Virus record (IMG/VR): IMGVR_UViG_3300032038_000040
Location: 32,442-96,441 of that record
Reading direction: 5' to 3' (one strand)
DNA: 64,000 nt
Source of the DNA: a virus
Taxonomy: Duplodnaviria; Caudoviricetes
The notes beneath the pieces are model-generated. The model saw only the letters and a list, made by a program, of their open reading frames with translations, did no database searches and was not told the DNA's origin. This document shows positions 58,962 through 64,000 of the stretch, piece by piece. The first letter of the stretch is position 1. Each line of letters begins with the position of its first letter. A program made the translations under genes and the position numbers.

Positions 58962-60089
58962 TTAAATATCTAAAGTATAGCCTTTGAAAATAGATTCTGG
59001 GTCTTCCCCAACACCACTTACAAATTTTAAATTACCATCTGAGGTTCTTGAAGTGTTATTAAGGGTATTTTCTAATTCTCTTATAGCTTTTTTAGATTCT
59101 TTTTTTACTTTGTCCGAAACTAATTTATTGAGATTAGTGAAGCCATCTGTCAGAGTGAAGAGCAAACCTAGATTTTTCATAAATTCACTCTTGTTTTCTT
59201 TCTCATATTTTTGAATTGCAGTAAGCATTTCTCCAGTTTCAGAATCTTTGTATAGCGGTTTCATAATTGTATCATAAGCTTTCTGTCTTGTAATTTTATT
59301 TACAGCCAAATCTCCAAAAGCTTTGTCATTATCAAGCAGATCCTTTTTAAAATCTTCCGCTAATTTTTTCTTCTCTGCAATTTCTTTTTCTTTCTCTTCC
59401 TAAGCCTCCTTAATAAGATTGTTGTATGCACTTTCAAAATAATTCATATTGCCTCTCAAGGCTCTCTATGCTTTTTTTATGTCAGTGCCATTATTAAAAG
59501 CTTCATTCATCTCTTCTACTGCCTCATCCTGAGTATAGCCTCTATTAAGCAAATCTTGGTAGATAAGCTATTTTCTGAGGTTCTCTCCCTACTCATTTTC
59601 CTCTTTCAAGTCTTCTTCTTTTATATTCTTCAAGTAATTTATAGTATTTTCATACTACTTTATCTGAGAAGGCTCTACTCCAGCATTGAGCAAGTCATTG
59701 ATTCTTTTACTTGTTTCGTCCAATCTATTTTGGACTTGCTGTTCAATCATATCTGCAAAATCTTCTGCATTTGTGATTTCCTCAGGATTAAGGTCAGTGA
59801 AGATACTATCATCTTTCAAGGCTTTGGCAATGGAAGAGTAGAAGTTGGGAGAAGTGCCACTCTTTTCAGATGTAGCATCTTCCTGTACCTCTGTATTTTC
59901 ATCACTACCTACGCTCTCCGGTTTAGCAAATAAAGTATCTGTATTGACCTCAGTAGTTTGTTCTTTATTAGTTTCCTCTTTTTCTTCTTTTTCTTCAGAT
60001 GTTTCTTTTACATCTTCAGGAACTTCAGTAAACAAATTATCTATTTGTTCTGAAGTTAAAATGTTATCAATACTTAAATCTTCCCCCAT
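58962..60089 (-). CDS. crAss gene-77-like protein, putative scaffold (~375 aa, TAG=Gln)
   Basis: Acidic N-terminus, FYSSIAKAL, LFTLTDGF; immediately upstream of MCP. Confidence 0.75.
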
Positions 60090-60111
60090 AGTTTTCCATA
60101 TTTAAATTTTT

Positions 60112-60165
60112 TGCAAAAATAATATTTATTTAGAAATTAGTCAATAGTATAATTAAATAATTTAT
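60112..60165 (-). promoter_or_regulatory. Late promoter P2 (upstream of scaffold/MCP)
   Basis: ATAAAT-N12-CTATTG-N20-TATTTTTGCA. Confidence 0.75.
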
Positions 60166-60183
60166 ATAGCATAAATTTTTTAT

Positions 60184-60963
60184 TTAAAATTTACTTTTGA
60201 ATTTTTCCCATTCTGTCTCATTGTTAGTATCTCCAGTTTTATTTCCTTTGTTATCATAGATAGGAGCTTTATTCCAACCTACAATGCCAGGACACATTTT
60301 GCCTGTAATATCATAATGTCTGACAACATTACTCTTAGGTATATTATACATTTTCATCAAGTATTTGACAAGCTTGATTGCATTATTCAAGGAAGCATCA
60401 GTAAAATACCATCCTTGATGATTAGCCACAGCAGCTGAATAACCTGACTTTAAGTTGGAACATATTTCTATGCTGATAGTATTCTTATTGGTAGCTTGAC
60501 CATGAAGCTGGCCACCACCTGTATAAGGATTCTTTTTGTCTCCTACACTCCAACAATAATAATTCTTCAAGTGTGGATTAATTTGTACAATATCTCTATC
60601 ATCAACAACAAAATCTGCAGATGCATTCCTTTTTAAGAACACATTTCTTGTAGCCATTGCTGTCCCAGGTTTAGATGTTCCTCCAGCTGTATAGTGAACA
60701 ACAATATACTTTATAGGTCTGCCCGCACTTGGACTTATATGAACATTGATATAGCCTTCTCTGATTTGAATACTTTCAACATTAAGCAAACTTGCCCAAG
60801 TCTTGTCACCTACTATGCCATCAGCATCAAGGTTGTGAGCCTTTTGATAAGCCTTTACAGCCTCTTCTGTTTTAGGTCCAAATACACCATCAACAGTTAT
60901 TTTCAATAGGGTTTGAAGTTTTTTTACTTCCTCGCCCTTATCACCCTTGTTAATTGTTTTCAT
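60184..60963 (-). CDS. Endolysin: PG-binding domain plus N-acetylmuramoyl-L-alanine amidase (Amidase_2)
   Basis: VDGVFGPKTEEAVKAYQ...DGIVG; IVVHYTA, SADFVVD, ISIEIC, VRHYD..GK.CP; no TAG. Confidence 0.92.
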   Translation of the reverse strand: MKTINKGDKGEEVKKLQTLLKITVDGVFGPKTEEAVKAYQKAHNLDADGIVGDKTWASLLNVESIQIREGYINVHISPSAGRPIKYIVVHYTAGGTSKPGTAMATRNVFLKRNASADFVVDDRDIVQINPHLKNYYCWSVGDKKNPYTGGGQLHGQATNKNTISIEICSNLKSGYSAAVANHQGWYFTDASLNNAIKLVKYLMKMYNIPKSNVVRHYDITGKMCPGIVGWNKAPIYDNKGNKTGDTNNETEWEKFKSKF

Positions 60964-61279
60964 TCTTACTTGCCTTTTTTCCTTTCGTGACTTTTTCTAT
61001 TTTAACTCCCATATCATACAACTTATTTGTAAGCTGCAATACTTGGATTCTTAAGTTTCTTACTTCCTCTTCCAACTAAGCATTTCTTTCTAATACTTCT
61101 TCAAGTCTTGATTTGTTATCATCAGAAAGTTGCTTATAAAATTCCAATGACTTCTACATATTATCTATTACTGCATTATCTACTTCTGCACTATATTTTT
61201 TCTTAGCTTGTAACCAAGAGATTAATCCACTGGCAACAGTGCTAATTAAACCAATAAAAGCTATAAAAATTTCTGACAT
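60950..61279 (-). CDS. Holin-like protein (~109 aa, two TAG; absent from ORF track)
   Basis: N-terminal TM helix IFIAFIGLISTVASGLISWL, then coiled coil; overlaps endolysin start. Confidence 0.65.
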
Positions 61280-61284
61280 AGTTA

Positions 61285-61890
61285 TTATTTTATTATGTTA
61301 ATAAATCTTGTTATAGTATCATCAATATACGGATTTTTTTCTATTACATCCACAGCCACATACTTCCTTTTCTTTTGAAACCACCTTATAAAAAACCATT
61401 TGCTTCTTGGCTTGACATATTCTTTCTTTTGGTTCACAATAATGTATTTCTCACTTATAAACTTTGGTTTTGTTATAATAGTGTCTGGATATGATAGATG
61501 TAATTGCAGCTAATAGTAACTATCTCCAAGTAAAGTATCTATGGGGGTACGCAGTTTGTCTTGGAAAATAGTATCTCTGAAAGCAACAGTATCTTTTTTT
61601 TCTATTATAGAATTTATATACTGTACTTTCTCAATGGTTTTTTCCTTTATTCCTTCCTATTTAACCACTTTAAGTATTTTCTGATTTATAGTGTCAGAAG
61701 AGGTTTTTAAATCATTAATAGTAAATTGGAACTCACGTATATTTCCCTTTAGAGAGTCATTCTCTGCTTCATACGCTTTTATATTTGAAACTGCAGTATC
61801 AAGTTCTTTCTTATATTTTCTTTTTTCACTGCACTAATGTTGCAATAAAACAAAGCAAAAAAGCAACAATATTATTAAGTATTTATTCAT
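61285..61890 (-). CDS. Spanin-like membrane-anchored protein (DUF6549-like, ~201 aa, TAG=Gln; absent from ORF track)
   Basis: N-terminal TM, NIKAYEAEN, KWFFIRWFQKK...EKNPY; adjacent to holin and endolysin. Confidence 0.6.
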
Positions 61891-61904
61891 AAGTCATATT
61901 TTTA

Positions 61905-61958
61905 TGCAAATGTAAGAATATTTTATGGTTCTTGCAATAGCTTAAATATTTTATTTAT
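61905..61958 (-). promoter_or_regulatory. Late promoter P1 (upstream of lysis cassette)
   Basis: ATAAAT-N12-CTATTG-N20-TACATTTGCA. Confidence 0.75.
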
Positions 61959-61968
61959 TAATAAACAA

Positions 61969-62000
61969 TAAGTACCAGAGTCATTTAACTCCAGTACTTA
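61969..62000 (-). terminator. Intrinsic terminator separating fibre genes from lysis cassette
   Basis: UAAGUACUGGAGU-UAAAUG-ACUCUGGUACUUA (13 bp including G-U), then UUGUUUAUU. Confidence 0.7.
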
Positions 62001-62035
62001 TCATATTTCTAAAAGCCCTATTATTAAAGATATTT

Positions 62036-62614
62036 TTATTCATCTTCTGTAAGGGAGCAAGTGTATGCTTTTTCAATATCATATATTGCTATGCCATACA
62101 TTTTTGTTCCTGTACCAACTGCTTGTACTTTTATCGGAGTATATATTGCCATTATAGTACCTTCTGAAGTGCCCTCCACAAATCTAATGTTAGCAGTACC
62201 ATTCAGATACTATTTAATTGCAGCTATTGCAGACTATTCATTAGTACACGTAAAAGTATTGCCGGCAGAGTCTATTTCGATAGGAATAGTTATCATATTA
62301 CTTCCACCACTTGTACTCAACACTCCATTCTCATTGACTTGAAGCCCATCTCCTACTATTATACCGCCAAGCTTTTCAGTAGTAGCCTTTGCTAAGGAAA
62401 TATCTCCTTGAGTGCCCTAATCATTAAAGCCTTCTCCTAAAGCCACATCAATCACTCCAGGAGTTTGATTGTTAATGTTAAGTCCTATACCCGGTATTAT
62501 TACACCTTTATTATTATTAGTAGCATCCTCAACTGTACCACTACCTCCCTTCTTCCTAAGCTCTTCAAGAAGGTCATATTCTCTTTTTGTAAATACTTTT
62601 CTAATGTTACTCAT
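62036..62614 (-). CDS. Head/tail fibre-like protein (~192 aa, TAG=Gln)
   Basis: Two AT...GG(I/V)I.G.GL.(I/V)N..G fibre repeats; open to TAA 62036 through TAGs. Confidence 0.65.
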
Positions 62615-62629
62615 AATATTTTATTTTTA

Positions 62630-62854
62630 TTAATTAATATCATCCCATTGGTTATTTTCATAATCAATTTCCTCCTCTTCTATGATGGCGTTCATGCGCT
62701 CCTCCCATGCGTCCTTCTCAGCCTGTGTAGCATCCCTGTATTCAACAGGCGAATTGTCAGGAGCATAGATTACACTTGTGTACATTCTCTTGTTGTCTGG
62801 CACTTCACTCTTCTGAGTGAGCCACATTCCTTCTTTTGCCTTGTAAGTTTTCAT
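62630..62854 (-). CDS. Small fibre-associated protein (possible chaperone)
   Basis: MKTYKAKEGMWLTQ; directly follows the LRR fibre gene. Confidence 0.6.
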   Translation of the reverse strand: MKTYKAKEGMWLTQKSEVPDNKRMYTSVIYAPDNSPVEYRDATQAEKDAWEERMNAIIEEEEIDYENNQWDDIN

Positions 62855-62868
62855 ATCTATTTTTGTTT

Positions 62869-64000
62869 TTATGATGCTGAAAGTGTATAACCTTTTGCTG
62901 TTATCTGTTCTTTTTCCTCCTCCGTCAGCAAGTTCAGAGAGGCTTGCGGTATGCCTATGGTGTAGGCGACATCAGCAGTCCCAAGTCCATCTGGGTCAGT
63001 AGCCCTGTCATAGGAGTAGGTAATCAGCGAGTCAACGAGACTCTGCCTTGCATCTGGGTTGTTGGCATCCGCTATCCCCCATTTCCAGTTCTGAATCCTC
63101 AGTGTGAAACCGCTGCCTGCCGTAGGTCTCACATAACCGATGTCCTTGATAAGAGCATATCTCAGATTTCCGCATCCTCTGAGGAATGACGGAGCACCGC
63201 TTGCATACCAAGATGTCATATTCCTCACGCTGAGACCCTCTATGCGTTGCAGTGCGGAGCAATCCATAAAAGTGAATTGCATATTGTCGCAATCTGCCGT
63301 GTTGACTGAGATGTCACCCACCCTTATGAGCGATGCACATCCACGGAATGCGTAAGGAATCCTTGTCAGTCTTATAGTGCCAAGTTGGTTTATCTCTACC
63401 AAGTCGTAAAGAAAAGACATAAAATAGAAACCTTCCTTCGGTCCTCCTGCCAAATTGAGGTCGGGTGGTATGGTTTTCAGATTTGTACAACCACGAAGGA
63501 AAGGAGCAGTGTTGTTATTTGCACCAACTGTCGTTATGCCACTGTAATCCGCTGACGGAAGATAATAGAGGTTCTGATTGGCAACCAAATTATTGTGTGC
63601 TGATGTCTCCGTAGGAGGTGTTGTCTTCCAAGTCTCCCTCTGACTGACACCAAGTGCAAAACCATCCTTATTGACTGCCCCCTCGATGTAGTCGTAGATG
63701 TCGTAGCCCAAGCCAACTATCGAAGCCATTGCAGAGCCGTCTTCCACTCCCTTCTGATACATAGCATCAAACTGTGCCTGTAAATTACCTATATCCTTTG
63801 CATGACCGCCATAGCCCATCACATACAAGTAGTTGTCAGTATCATGGCTTATGAGTTTCTGAAGATAGGCATATCCATCATTAGGTGCTTCAAAAGCACC
63901 ATATACAGGAGATTCATGCTTTTCAATTATTACTCTATTCTCATCAGTAAACACAAGTGGAACAGCACCACCTGTTCTAACAAGGTCAAGCAACAATACC
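62869..64000 (-). CDS. LRR (BspA-like) tail fibre / receptor-binding protein, C-terminal part (5' truncated)
   Basis: F.GC.NL..I repeats; C-terminal LTEEEKEQITAKGYTL; visibly GC-richer; no TAG. Confidence 0.7.
   Translation of the reverse strand, partial: VLLLDLVRTGGAVPLVFTDENRVIIEKHESPVYGAFEAPNDGYAYLQKLISHDTDNYLYVMGYGGHAKDIGNLQAQFDAMYQKGVEDGSAMASIVGLGYDIYDYIEGAVNKDGFALGVSQRETWKTTPPTETSAHNNLVANQNLYYLPSADYSGITTVGANNNTAPFLRGCTNLKTIPPDLNLAGGPKEGFYFMSFLYDLVEINQLGTIRLTRIPYAFRGCASLIRVGDISVNTADCDNMQFTFMDCSALQRIEGLSVRNMTSWYASGAPSFLRGCGNLRYALIKDIGYVRPTAGSGFTLRIQNWKWGIADANNPDARQSLVDSLITYSYDRATDPDGLGTADVAYTIGIPQASLNLLTEEEKEQITAKGYTLSAS

Noticed and set aside
13380-62614. Late genes as pseudogenes or sequencing errors
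   Set aside because: Breaks are TAG only, with no frameshifts seen, and occur in essential genes. Recoding explains this better.
13468-63355. + strand ORFs in the late arm (e.g. 52495..53253, 57511..58005, 35054..35509)
   Set aside because: Antisense shadows of real - strand genes, with unnatural Phe/Ser/Ile-rich composition and no motifs.
62869-64000. DGR target or shufflon
   Set aside because: No reverse transcriptase, template/variable repeat pair or invertase seen in the window.
1-64000. CRISPR array, rRNA, integrase or transposase
   Set aside because: No regularly spaced repeats or recognisable motifs found by eye.

Overview
64 kb of a crAss-like (Crassvirales) phage genome, AT-rich, with a Bacteroidota host inferred from its promoters. 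There are two convergent arms that meet at a hairpin terminator near 13,360. (1) The + strand, 1-13,341, is the early/middle arm: class II ribonucleotide reductase (partial), dUTPase, retropepsin-like protease, family A DNA polymerase, ThyX, about 25 small accessory ORFs, a GH16 glycoside hydrolase and DUF3310. Every ORF I checked there ends in TAA/TGA and none has an in-frame TAG. (2) The - strand, 13,380-64,000, is the virion/lysis arm. It looks shattered in the standard-code ORF track, but the fragments share a frame and the breaks I checked are TAG. Reading TAG as Gln (code 15) gives 23 tightly packed genes: LRR fibre, head-fibre-like, spanin-like, holin-like, endolysin, gene-77-like, major capsid, gene-75-like, five ring/tubular proteins, auxiliary capsid, tail hubs, IHF-like, muzzle, fibre, and cargo proteins of about 843, 509, 2465, 4764 and 1286 aa. 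The 4764-aa protein is the virion RNA polymerase (GSDFDIDK) fused to a polyvalent array: P-loop kinase, AbiEii/MenT-like nucleotidyltransferase, three HExxH zincins, an ART domain split by an HD domain, and a second ART-like domain inside the polymerase. Non-coding highlights are a fixed-spacing tripartite late promoter (4 copies), a branched intergenic RNA showing tRNA anticodon-like loops, and a hairpin whose loop is antisense to strong SD sites downstream. Code-15 boundaries were worked out by hand from frame and start/stop checks, and not every codon was read. Family names come from motif recognition and synteny, not from database searches.
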